From the NCBI RefSeq assembly GCF_009914755.1, contig NC_060930.1: a stretch of DNA of 64,000 bases; one strand, given 5' to 3'. The stretch is from the human T2T-CHM13v2.0 reference genome, Homo sapiens. The translations under genes and the position numbers were made by a program. Shown here piece after piece: positions 1 to 11,900 of this stretch (position 1 is the stretch's first letter; every line of letters starts with the position of its first letter). Below the pieces are notes generated by a model, which worked only from the letters and a program-made list of their open reading frames with translations, had not been told where the DNA came from and made no database searches.

Positions 1-95
1 GTTTCTAAATTTAATAGAGTCCAATTTATCATTATTTTCTACATTCTAATGCTTATTGTATCTTGCATCCTAACAAAACTTTCCCAACCTCCAAG
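1..95 (-). mobile_element. Old L1M ORF2 fragment
   Basis: 'gtccaatttatc...tcctaacaaaactttcccaacc' resembles the antisense of the L1 ORF2 3' region; short and diverged. Confidence 0.45.
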
Positions 96-1009
96 AAATA
101 ACCATCAGAAATTAATACTGGATTATGACAACAAAAATTTCACTTATTTTTTTGCAGTTCTCAGAAATCACAGGTAAGAAATGAACAGAATCACTTGCCA
201 ATTTTAAATTTAGATTTTTTTTGTCAGCTTCTATGTATGAAGAAAAGCATCCATGCTATTTACAGTACCGGCTTAAAATAGCTAATATTATTGAAAGTTT
301 ATTCTGATACTTTGGTAAATATATAGTAATCTACAGATATATTGATCAACATATTTTTTTTGGTTTCAGGTATTTAAGAATATAGGTGAATATTATATAT
401 GGTTATTGTCAAAGATAAAATACATCTGAGAGGATAGGAATCATAGTTACAGCAGCTCTTCTTTAGGCAGAGCCAGAAATACAGAACACTGAACAATGAA
501 TCTAGGCAGGTAAGACCGCAGGCAGTCTTCCTGATATATCCATTTTTCAGCATAGCATGAAATTAATAGGAAGATTCTCAAGGACTCGTGTATCAGGAGA
601 ACATCACACCTGGTTACCAAACCAGACCACAAAAATAGGTGTTAATGAGAGATATTTCAGGAAAGATCTGGTAAACTAAAAATGTAGGATTGGATAAGAA
701 TACATGCAAAGTTTTAGGTGAGCTCAAGAACCCCATGGATCAAATCTTTATATTTCTTAAAGAATAAAAAAAAAAAAAAAAAACGGCTTGAAGACTTTTA
801 TAGAACCTATTCTGTAAGATTTGAATCTGAAATCCCTTCCAAAAAACAGCTCAAGTGAACACATCAACATGTTCCATTACAGAATTTTCAAAGAGTTTAT
901 CTCAAAAATATACCATGAAAAGACACTCAAGTTTGGCATAAGTAAATTCTACTAAACATTTCATAAGTATCCACATACGTTATTCTCAAACTTCCAAAAA
1001 AGTGATCAC

Positions 1010-2583
1010 CTTCTAATTCCATATAAATTTATTAATTGAATTTTCCATTTCTGTGAAACACGCCATTGGAATGTTGATAGAGATTGCATTAAATTTATAG
1101 ATTACTTTGGGTAACATTGCCATCTTAAATATATTGTCTTCCCATCCATCGACACAAGCTACATTTCCATTTATGTATGTCTTCTTTAACGTCTTTCCAC
1201 AATGTTTTAGGAGTTTTCAGTGCTAAATTCTTTCACTTACTTGGTTAAATTTATTCCTAGATATTTTATTATTTTGAATCCTGTTGTAAATGGCATACGC
1301 TTTATTTTTTTTTTTATTTTTGGATTGTTCATTGCTATTTTATAGAAACAAACTGATTTTTGTTTGTTGAGATTTTGTGCCCCACAACTTAGCTAAATTC
1401 ATTTATTAACTCCAATAATTTTTAAGTTTTTGGTAGATTCTTTAGGATTCTCTATATGTAAGATTTTGTCATTTGTGAATAAGAAGAATTTCACTTTACT
1501 TTTTCCTTTTTAATTTGGATGCGTTGTATTTCTTTGGTTTCCCTAAATGTTTGGGCTAGCTATTCTAGTACAATGTTTAATAGAAGTAATAGAAGCCAGT
1601 GTCTTCATTTTTTCCCCATCTTAGAGAGAATTCTTTCATTCTTATCCCATGGTATATGATGGAATGAGATTTTTGTAAATAACCTTTATCATGCTGAAGA
1701 TGTTCTCTTCTATTTCTTGTTTTTTGAATATTTGTTATGAAAGGGTGTGGGATTTATTTCAATTTGTTTTCTGTATCAATTGAGATAATTGTATGGGTTT
1801 TCTTTATTCATTCTATTAATGTGACATATTATATTGACTGATTGTTACATGCTAAACCATCATTGCATTTCAGAGATTTTTTCCATTTGTATTCATGAGG
1901 GATTTTACTCTGTAGTTTTTTTATTATGGTAATGTCTTCATCTGAATTTGGGTCATAGGATGAGTCAGTAAATATTCTTTTCTATTTTATACACTGGAAG
2001 AATGTGAAAGAATTGGTGTTGTCTTCTTTAAAGAATTTGTAGAAGTCACCAGAGAAGCCATTTTTGCTCTGGTCTTTTCATTTTGGGGTGACTTTTGAAT
2101 ACTGATTATTTCTTTTGTTATAGGTGTGTTCATATTTTCTGATACATTTTCAGTTAGTCTCACTAATTTTATCTAGACATTTGTTCATTTCATTTAGATT
2201 ATCTTATTTATTGGCTTATAATTGCCTATAATATTATCTTATAATTCTGTTTATTTTTGTACTATGAGTAGTAATGTCCTCACATTTATTTCAGATTTTA
2301 GTAATTGAGTTATTTTTTTCTAAGTCAACCTAGATATTTTTAAAATTTTTGATATTTTCAAATAACTAACTTTTGCTTTTGTTGATTATTTTATAAATTT
2401 TGAATCTTGTATTTAACTTATTGATACTTTGATATTCATTATTCCTTTTCTTCTGCTATATGTGTGTTTAGTTTGCTCATCTATTTTACATCTTTAAGGT
2501 GTAAAATTAGGTTGTGTTTTGAAAACTTTCTTTTAATGTAGATATTTGCAACAATAAATTTCTTTCAAAGCACTGCTTTTGCT
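1010..2583 (-). mobile_element. Old L1M (L1MB-MD-like) ORF2 segment, host of the HERV9 insertion
   Basis: Antisense ORF2 landmarks in colinear order ('gattgcattaaatttatagattactttgg', 'ggttaaatttattcctag', 'ataaatttctttcaaagcactgcttt'). Confidence 0.85.
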
Positions 2584-3115
2584 TATAGGGTTAGGAATGG
2601 CTACTGCTACAGGAACCGGAATAGCCAGTTTAACTACTTCATTATCCTACTACCACACACTCTCAAAGGATTTTTCAGACAGTTTACAAGAAATAACGAA
2701 ATCTATCCTTAGTTTACAATCCTAAATAGACTCTTTGGCAGCAATGACTCTCCAAAACTGCTGAGGCCTAGACCTCCTCACTGCTGAGAAAGGAGGACTC
2801 TGCACCTTCTTAGGGGAAGAGTGTTGTTTTTACACTAACCAGTCAGGGATAGTACCAGATGCCACCCAGAGTTTACAGGGAAAGGCTTCTGAAATCAGAC
2901 AACGCCTTTCAAACTTTTATACCAACCTCTGGAGTTGGGCAACATGGCTTCTCCCCTTTCTAGGTCCTGTGGCAGCCGTCTTGCTGTTACTCACCTTTGG
3001 GCCCTGTATTTTTAACCTTCTTGTCAAATTTGTTTCCTCTAGAATCAAGGCCTTCAAGCTACAGATGGTCTTACGAATGGAACCCCAAATGAGTTCAACT
3101 AACAACTTCTACTGA
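2582..3115 (+). pseudogene. HERV9 (ERV9) env transmembrane-subunit pseudogene
   Basis: One frame reads LIGLGMATATGTGIASL...[27 protein letters not shown]...WLLPFLGPVAAVLLLLTFGPCIFNLLV: fusion peptide, immunosuppressive domain, CX6CC motif and membrane anchor. In-frame stops at 2723 (TAA) and 2762 (TGA). Confidence 0.93.
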
Positions 3116-3270
3116 GACCCCTGGACCGACCCACTGGCACTTTCACTGGCCTAGAGAGCTCCCCTCTGCAGGACACTAGGACTGCAGGGCCCCTTCATTG
3201 CCCCATCCAGCAGGAAGTAGCTAGAGCAGTCATAGGTCAAATTCCCAACAGCAGTTGGGGTGTCCTGTTT

Positions 3271-3282
3271 AGAGGGGGGGAT
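3271..3282 (+). other. Retroviral polypurine tract
   Basis: 'agagggggggat' immediately 5' of the LTR's terminal TG. Confidence 0.85.
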
Positions 3283-4812
3283 TGAGAGGTGACAGCGTGC
3301 TGGCAGCCCTTGCAGCCCTTGCTCACTCTTGGCACCTCCTCGGCCGGCCTTGGTGGCCACTCTGGCTGCACTTGAGGAGCCCTTCAGCCCACCACTGCAC
3401 TGTGGGAGACCCTCTCTGGGCTGGCCGAGGCTGGAGCCTGCTCCCTCTGCTTGCCGGGAGGTGTGGAGGGAGAAGCGCAGGAGGGAACCGGGGCTGCATG
3501 TGGTGCTCGTGGGCCAGCATAAGTTCTGCGTGGGTGTGGGCTCAGCAGGCCTCGCACTCAGAGCAGCCAGCTGGCACCACCGGCCCCAGGCAGTGAGGGG
3601 TTTAGTACCCAGGCCAGCACCTGCAGAGGGTGTGTTGGGTCCCCCAGCAGCACCGGCCCACTGGCATTGCACTTGAATTCTTGCTGGGCCTCAGCTACCT
3701 CCCCATGGGGCAGGGCTTGGGACCTGCACCCCACCATGCCCGAACCTCCCCCATGCCGTGGGCTCCTGCGCGGCCTGAGCCTCCCCAATAAGCACCGCCT
3801 CCTGCTCCACAGAGCTTAGTCCCATCAACCACCCAAGGGCTGAGGAATGTGGGCACATGGTGCAGGACTGACAGGCAGCTCCACCTGTGGCCCTGGTGTG
3901 GGATCCACTAGGTGAAGCCAGCTGGGCTCCTGAGTCTAGTGGGGACTTGGAGAACTTTTATGTCTAGCTGGAGGATTGTATATGCACCAATCAGCACTCT
4001 GTGTCTAGCTCAGGGTTTTTGGATGCACCAATCAGCACTCTGTATCTAGCTAACCTGGTGGGGACTTGGAGAACTTTTATGTCTAGCTAAGGGATTGTAA
4101 ATACACCAATCAGCACTCTGTGTCTGGCTCAAGGTTTGTAAACACAACAATCAGCACCCTGTGTCTAGCTCAAGGTTTGTAAATGCACCAATCAGTGCTC
4201 TGTGTCTAGCTAATCTAGTGGGGACTTGGAGAACTTTTGTGTCTAGCTCAGAGATTGTAAACACACCAATCAGCAACCTGTCAAAATGGACCAATCAGCT
4301 CTCTGTAAAACAGACCAATAAGCTCTCTGTAAAATGGACCAATCAGCAGGATGTGGGTGGGGCCAGATAAGGGAATAAAAGCAGGCTGCCCGAGCCAGCA
4401 GTGGCAACCCGCTCAGGTCCCCTTCCTCACTGCGGAAGCTTTGTTCTTTCACTCTTTGCAATAAATCTTGCTGCTGCTCACTCTTTGGGTCCACACTGCC
4501 TTTATGAGCTGTAACACTCACCACGAAGGTCTGCAGCTTCACTCCTGAGCCAGCAAGACCACAAACCCACTAGGAGGAATGAACAACTCCAGACCTTAAG
4601 AGCTGTAACACTCATCATGAAAGTCTGCAGCTTCACTGCTGAGGCCAGCGAGACCATGAACCCACCAGAAGGAAGAAACTCTGGACACATCTGAACATCT
4701 GAAGGAACAAACTCCGGACACACCATCTTTAAGAACTGTAACACTCAGTGCAAGGGTCCACAGCTTCATTCTTGAAGTCAGCGAGACCAAGAACCCACCA
4801 ATTCTGGACACA
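3283..4812 (+). mobile_element. LTR12 family (LTR12C/D/E-like) 3' LTR of HERV9, complete U3-R-U5
   Basis: Starts TGAGAGGTGACAGCGTGCTGGC and ends ...CCAATTCTGGACACA (1530 bp). GC-rich U3, 'caccaatcagcactctgtgtctagct' tandem repeats, and 'gctgtaacactca...ctgcagcttcact' U5 repeats. Confidence 0.95.
3960..4380 (+). promoter_or_regulatory. LTR12 enhancer/promoter: CCAAT array, GT-box, GATA site and AATAAAA TATA-like box
   Basis: CCAAT at 3987, 4028, 4106, 4188, 4266, 4291, 4315 and 4339; GGGTGGGG at 4355; AGATAA at 4365; AATAAAA at 4374. This matches known ERV9 LTR architecture; activity at this locus is unknown. Confidence 0.7.
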
Positions 4813-6640
4813 CTATCTTTTCATTGGAGAATTTAATCCATTTATATTTCATGTAATTTCTGATAAGGAAAGATTTCCTTCCATTTAGCTATCTTTTTCT
4901 GTGTCTTATCTTTTTTCTGTTTTGTTTCTAAATTTATTTCTTGTTGTCTTCTTATCTGTTTTATTATTTATTTATAGTGTACCATTTTAGTTTATTTTTA
5001 TTTTCTTTTTCTGTATATCTTTCAGTTAGTTTCTTACTATTTAACCTGGGGACAAAAAATAAAGTAAACTCAACTTGTAACACTGTATTTTGATTAATAC
5101 CACCTAGCTTCAATAGTGTATAAAAATCTGCTTTTATAAAGCTTTTTCCCTTTCCCCTTATGTTGCTGTCATCACAAATTACATCCTTATACAATGCTTG
5201 ACCATTAAAATAGATCTATAATTAACATTTTATGTTTGTACCTTAAATCTCACAGGAAAAACAGTTACAAATCAAAAATAAATCAATACTTCTTCTTATA
5301 TTTACAAGTGTAATTACCTTTAACGGTGCTTTTTATTTTTCAATATAACTTCAAAATCACTCTCTAGTGTCTTTTAATTTCTGCTTGTTGGGCATTTTTA
5401 GCATTTCTTATAGGGCCAATTATTATTAATGCTCTCAACCTTTGCATGTGAGAGAATGTCTTAATTTCTCCTTAATTTTTGATGGATAGTTTAACAAATT
5501 TTCAGTTGACAGTTTCTTTTTTTCTTTCAGCACTTTTAATATGTCATCCCATTCCTTTCTTGGCTATGACATTCTCATTGATAATAAATCTACTCTTAAT
5601 CATAATGAGGATCTCTTGTATATGATGAGTTGCTTTTCTCTTGCTGCTTTCAAGTTTTTCTCTATGTCATTAGATTTCAATAGCTTAATTATGATGTGTC
5701 TTGGTGTGGAACTCTTGGTTTTTATTCTTAAATTTGGTTGAGTTTCTTGTATGTACAGATTAATGAATTCATCGAATTTGGAGACTTTTTTCATTCTTTC
5801 TTCAGATATTCTCTCTGTTCCTTTATCTCATTTCTCACACTCTGAGACTCCCCTTATGCATGTATTGGTGTACTTTATTGTGTCCCACAGGTCTCTTAGG
5901 CTTTATTCAGTCTTTTTTTTTCTTCCTGCTCCTCAGCCCGGTTAATCCCAGTGGACCTAAGATTGTTTGTTAATTCTTTACTTTATCTGCTCAAATTTGC
6001 TATTGAAATGACCTAGTAATGTTTTCATTGAAGATTTTGTGCTTCAGAGCTCCAAAACTTTTGTTTGGATTATTTCTGTACTTTCTGTCTTTGTTGATAT
6101 TCTCTATTTGTTGAGACATCATGTTTGGGTTTCTTTTAGCTATCTGACTATCTGACTATATTTAGGCAGTTTGCTTAAAGTCTTTGTATAGTAGTTCCAG
6201 CTATGCTTCCTCAGGGATATTCTCTGTTAATTTCACATCATATGTCAATCATATGATGTGTTAGCTAAGGTAATCAGATTCTTACTTATTCTCTTCTGGG
6301 ATTTTTGTTGTTGTTGCCTTTTGTTGATAATAGTTGTTTGTTTAGTTAATTTTAAACCTTTTCTTAAGACATAATATACCATATTCTACATCGTGTGTGG
6401 TCTCTGAAGCCTCCATTTCTTTTAGCATGTAGTAGCTAGGGTTTTGAAAGATTTCCTTGAATGCCATTTTTAGGTTGCCTCTTATTGATTTACTACTTAG
6501 GTAGAAGCTATAAGCCTTTGACTATTTCCAAGAGTTCTGACAAAGCTGATACTGACCATTTTTTTCTTCTCTTTAAAAAAAGATTATGTGGAGAGATAGA
6601 CCCTTGGAGCTGCATAATTTACAAAATTATACTGATGTAA
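4813..6640 (-). mobile_element. Old L1M continuation (ORF2 start, ORF1, 5' region)
   Basis: ORF 5600-5794(-) contains 'STPRHIIIKLLK...NLKAAREKQLIIYK', typical of L1 ORF1p. 'tttaatccatttatatttcatg' marks the ORF2 N-terminus. Confidence 0.8.
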
Positions 6641-6649
6641 ATCTCCTCC

Positions 6650-8250
6650 AGGATTCTGTTGATCAGTATTAGCATGATACATCTTTCTCCATTCCTACAA
6701 TTTAAACCATCGATAGTTTCTTTTTTTAAATTTACCGTCCATGGTTTATATTTAAGTGGGTTTCTTTTTTACAATATTTTTTAATTCACTCTTAAAAACT
6801 CTGCCTCTTAGTGTACTTAAAACATTCGTATTTAAAGTAGCTATCATATGATTGACAATGAGATACCATCTAACACCAGAAAGAATGGCTATTATTAAAA
6901 AGTTATAAAATAATAGATGCTGGTGAGGTTGTGGAGAAAAAGGAATGCTTATACACTGTGGGAGTGTAAATTAGTTCAGTCATTGTGGAAGACAGTGTGG
7001 CACATCGTTGGAAACCTAAAGATAGAAATACCATTCAGCCCAGCAATCCCATTACTCGGTATTACCCAAAGGAATAAAAATTATTCTATTATAAAGACAC
7101 CTGTACATGTATGTTCATTAAGCACTACTCACAATAGCAAAGACATGAAATCAAAATATCTATCGATGATAGATCGGATAAAGAAATGTGGTATATATAC
7201 ACCATGGAATATGATGCAGGTGTAAGAAAGAAAGAGACCATATCCTTTGCAGTGACATGGATGGAGCAGAAGTACATTATCCTTAGCAAATTAACACAGT
7301 AAGAGAAACCAAATACCACATGTTCTCGCTTATACGTGGGAGACAAATGATGAGACCACATGGATCTATAGAGGAGAACAACCCACCCTGGGGTCTTTTG
7401 GAGGGTGGAGGGTGAGAGGAGGGAATCAGGAAAAACAGCAAATATGTACTAGGCTTGATATCTAGGTAATGAAATAATCTGTATAACAAACTCCCATGAC
7501 ACAAGTTTACCTATGTAACAAACCTGCAGTTGTACCCGCGAGCTTAAAATAAAAGTTTAAAAAATTACTATCAATAAAATTGTTTTAGCAGCCACCAGGT
7601 TTGTAACTGTTACCATTCATTTCACTTGCTACTATTTATTTCACTTTGACTTCTATTCTTTTCCCTCTTTTTTTTGTTTTAATGAAGTGTCTTATTCTTT
7701 TTTTTTCTTCTCTCTTAAAGTACCATTATAACACTTTTCTTCTTAGTTTTTTAAATTAATTGTTCTAAATTCAGGAAACTTCCACAACAAATGTAACTCC
7801 ACCCTAAAATAGCACTATATGTGTGTGCGGGTCATGCCTGTACCTTACATCAGATTATTAACAATTTCTTCCTCTTGATCCTTATGTTGCTGTCATTTGT
7901 TTTACTTATCTTTTTCTATAATGACCCGATATAAAGTTACTATCATTACTCTGAAAAATAATTTTTAGGTCAATAAAGGATTCTAGTTTACCTTCATTTA
8001 TTTCTTCTCTGTCACTCATCCTCTTTTTATATAGATCTCAGTTTCTGACATATCATTTTTCTTCTCCTTGAAGAATTTCTTTTAACATTTCTTGGTAGGA
8101 AGATTACTGATGAATGATGAATTCCCTCAGTATTTGTTCACTTGACAAGTCTTTTATTTTTCCATTATTTTTAAAAGATAGTTTCTTTGAAAATAGAATT
8201 GTTTATAATTATTTAAATCAACACTTTAGATATTTCACTCCTCTCAGTCT
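6650..8250 (-). mobile_element. Second old L1M (L1MC/MD-like), interrupted at 6855-7563 and continuing at 16091-17464
   Basis: Antisense ORF2 start, then ORF1 end ('ttctttaacatttcttgg...gaattccctcag...caacactttagatatttcactc'). Confidence 0.65.
6855..7563 (+). mobile_element. 5'-truncated L1 3' end (L1PA13-16/L1PB-like)
   Basis: ORF2 C-terminal cysteine-rich region plus a 3'UTR ending 'atgacacaagtttacctatgtaacaaacctgca...cttaaaataaaagtttaaaaaa'. Confidence 0.88.
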
Positions 8251-8994
8251 TTTCAAAAATAAATTGTGTATGATTTTATGAGATACATATATACAGCAAA
8301 ATAGTTATTATACTAAAACAAATTAACATATTCATTATCTCATACAGTTAACCATTTTTATTTCCTGTGGCAAAAGCAACTGTAATCTACTTATTTATCC
8401 AAATCTTGACTATAATACAATATTATTAACTGTAGTCTTCATATTGTACATTAGATGTTCTTTGTAAATATTCTTAAAAAGTAATTTGTTTGTTTTTATT
8501 GAGAAGGAGGTCTCACTCTGTGGCCCAGACTGGTCACAAGCACCTGGCTTCAGATTAGATTTTAGACTTGTTTATCTTAAGAATCTTCTACTTTGTATAT
8601 TTTGACCTACATCTCTTTAATTCTTCCACCTCAAGCCCATCCCTAGTAACCACTATTTTATTATCTATCTCTATAAATATGACTATTTTTAATATTTCCT
8701 ATGTAAGCGAGATCACACAGTATTTTTCTTTCTGTATCAGGCTTATTTTACTTACCATATGTCCTCCAGGCTCATCCATGTTGTGCATGTTGTGGAAAAT
8801 GGCAGAATCTCCTTCATATTTAAGGTGGAATAGAATTCCATTGAATGTGTGAGTATGTGTGTGTGTGTGTGTGTGAGACGTAGGAATATTGCAGATTTTC
8901 TTTATACACTTATTCATAGATGGAAACTTAGACTGTTTCTATACATTAGTTTTTGTGAATAAGGTTACAATGGACAAGGCAGTGCATATATTTT
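8251..8994 (-). mobile_element. L1MA (L1MA9-like) 3' end, part 1
   Basis: 'aattaacatattcattatctcatacagttacc...tacaatattattaactgtagtc...gagatcacacagtatttttctttctg' is an antisense L1MA 3'UTR. Confidence 0.8.
8460..8553 (-). mobile_element. Truncated Alu monomer fragment
   Basis: 'ggtctcactctgtggcccagactggtc...cctggcttca' with a T-rich tail; 'attagat' occurs on both sides. Confidence 0.6.
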
Positions 8995-11900
8995 CTTGTT
9001 TTAATTTTTTAAAATTTTACTTTAAATTTCAGGATACATGTGCAGAATGTGCAGGTTTGTTATGTAGGTATACATGTGCCATGGTGGTTTGCTGTTCCTA
9101 TCAACCCATCATCTAGGTTTTAATCCCTATGTGCATTAAATATTTGCCCTAATGATCTCTCTCCCCTAGTCCCCAACCCCCCAACAGGCCCCAGTGTATG
9201 ATGTACCCCTCCCTGTGTCCATGTGTTCTCATTGTTTAACTCCCACTTATGCATGAGAACATGCAGTGTTTGGTTTTCTCTTCCTGTGTAAGTTTGCTGA
9301 GAATGATGGCTTGCAGCATCATCCATGTCCCTACAAATGACATGAACTCATTTTTTTTATGGTTGCATTGTGTTCCATGGTCTATATGTGCCACTCTTCT
9401 TTATTCAGTCTGTCATTGATGGGCATTTTGTTTTGTTCCAGGTCTTTACTATTGTAAATAGTGCTGCAATAAAGATACACGTGCATGTGTCTTTACAGTA
9501 GAATGATTTATAATCCTTTGGGTGTATACCCAGTAATGGGATTGCTATGTCAAATGGTATTTCTGCTTCTAGATCCTTGAGGAATTGCCACACTGTCTTC
9601 CACAATGATTGAACTAATTTGCACTCCCACCAACAGTGTAAAATCCTTCCTATTTTTCCACAGCCTCGCCAGAATCTATTGTCTCCTGACTTTTTAATAA
9701 TCACCATTCTGATTGGCATGAGATGGTATCTCATTGTGGTTTACATTTGCATTTCTCTAATGATCAGTGATGAGCTTTTTTTCATGCTTGTTGTCCAAAT
9801 AAATATCTTCTTTTGAGAAGTGTCTGTTTATATCCTTTGTCCACTTTTTGATGGGGTTGTGCTTTTTTTTTTTTTTTTTGTAAATGTGTTTAAGTTCCTT
9901 GTAGATTCTCGATGTTAGACCTTTGCCAGGTGGATAGATTGCAAAAATGCTCTCTCATTCTGTAGGTTGCCTATTCACTCTGATGCTAGTTTATTTTGCT
10001 GTGCAGAAGTTGACAAGATCCCATTTATCAATTTTGGCTTTTGTTGAAATTGTTTTTAGTGTTTTAGTCATAAAGTCTTTGCCTATGCCTATGCACTGAA
10101 TGGCATTTCCTAAGTTTTCTCCTAGGGTTTTCATGATATGGGGTTTGGCATTTAAGTCTGTAACCCATCTTGAATTAATTTTTGTATAAGGTGTAAGGAA
10201 GGGGTCCAGTTTCTACTTTTTACATATGGCTAGCCAATTTTTCCAGCACCACTTATTAAATAGAAAATCCTTTCCCCATTGCTTGTTTTTGTCAGATTTG
10301 TTGAAGATCAGATGGTGTAGATATGTGGTGTTATTTCTAAGCCTTCTGTTCTTTTCCATTGGTCTATATATCTGTTTTGGTACTAATGCCATGCTGCTTT
10401 GGTTACTGTAGCCTTGTAGTATAGTTTGAGTCAGGTAGCATGATGCCTTCAGCCTTGTTCTTTTTGCTTAGGATTGTCTTGGATATATGGGCTCTTTTTT
10501 GGTTCCATACTAAATTTAAAGTAGTTTTTTTTTTCAAATTATTTGAAGAAAGTCAATGGTAGCTTGATGAGAATAGCATTAAATCTATAAATTACTTTGG
10601 GCAGTATGGCCATTTTCATAATATTGATTCTTCCTATCCATGAGCATGGAATGTTTTTCCATTTGTTTGTGTCCTCTCTTATTTTCTTGATCAGTGGTTT
10701 GTAGTTCTTGAAGAGGTCCTTCACATCCCTTGTAAGTTGTATTCCTAGGTATTTTATTTTCTTTGTAGCAATTATGAGTGGGAATTCATTCATAATTTGG
10801 ATCTTTACTTCTTTATTGTTGATGTACAGGAAAGCTTGTGATTTTTGCACATTGATTTTGTATCCTGAGACTGCTGAAGTTGCTAATCAGCTTAAGGAGT
10901 TTTTGGGCTGAGATGATGGGGTTTTCTTAGTATAGAATCATGTCATCTGCAATCAGAGACAATTTAACTTCATCCCTTCCTGTGTGAATACCCTTTATTT
11001 CTTTCTCTTGCCTGATTGGCCTGGTCAGAACTTCCAATACTATGTTGAATAGGAGTGGTGAGAGAGGGCACCCTTGTCTTGTACCAGTTTTCAAAGGGAT
11101 TGTTTCCAGCTTTTGCCCATTCAGTATGATACTGCCTATGGGTTTGTCGTAAATAGCTTTTATTATTATGCTATTATGAGATATGTTTCATCAATACCTA
11201 TTTTATTGAGAGTTTTTTGCTTGAAGGTATGTTGAATTTTTTCAAAGACTTTTTTAGGATCTAGTGAGATAGTCATGTGGTTTTTGTCATTGTTTCTGTT
11301 CATGTAATGAATTATGTTTATTGATTAGCATATGTCAAACCAGCCTTGCATCCCAGGGATGAAGCCAACTTGTTTGTGGTGGATAAGCTTTTTGATGTGC
11401 TGCTGGATTCAGTTTGCCAGTATTTTATTGATGATTTTCAATCAACAGGGATATTGGCCTGAAGTTTTCTTTTTTTGTTGTGTTTCAGCCAGGTTTTGGT
11501 ATCAGGATGATGTTGGTATCATAAAATGAGTTAGGGAGGAGTCTCTCTTTTTCAGTTCTGTGGAATAGTTTCAAAATGGATGGTACCAGCTCCTCTTTGT
11601 ACCTCTGGTAGAATTCAGCTGTGAATTCATCTGGTCCTGGGCTGTTTTTTGGTTGGTAGGCTATTAATTACTGATTCAATTTTAGAATTTGTTATTGGTC
11701 TGTTCAGGGTTTCAACTTCGTGATCTAGTGTTGGGAGGGTTTATGTGTCCAGAAATTTATCCATTTCTTCCAGATTTTCTAGTTTATTTGTGTAGAGATG
11801 TTTATAGTATTCTCTGATGGTAGTTTGTATTTCTGTGGGATCAGGGGTGATAGGCACTCTATCATTTTTTATTGTGTCTATTTGATTCTTCTCTCTTTTC

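Noticed and set aside
3151-3788. Overlapping 65-173 aa ORFs
   Set aside because: They lie in the GC-rich LTR12 U3, where stop codons are scarce; no protein motif is recognisable
3900-4350. Regularly repeated units resembling a CRISPR array
   Set aside because: These are the known LTR12 U3 tandem repeats; there are no unique spacers or cas genes, and the DNA is primate
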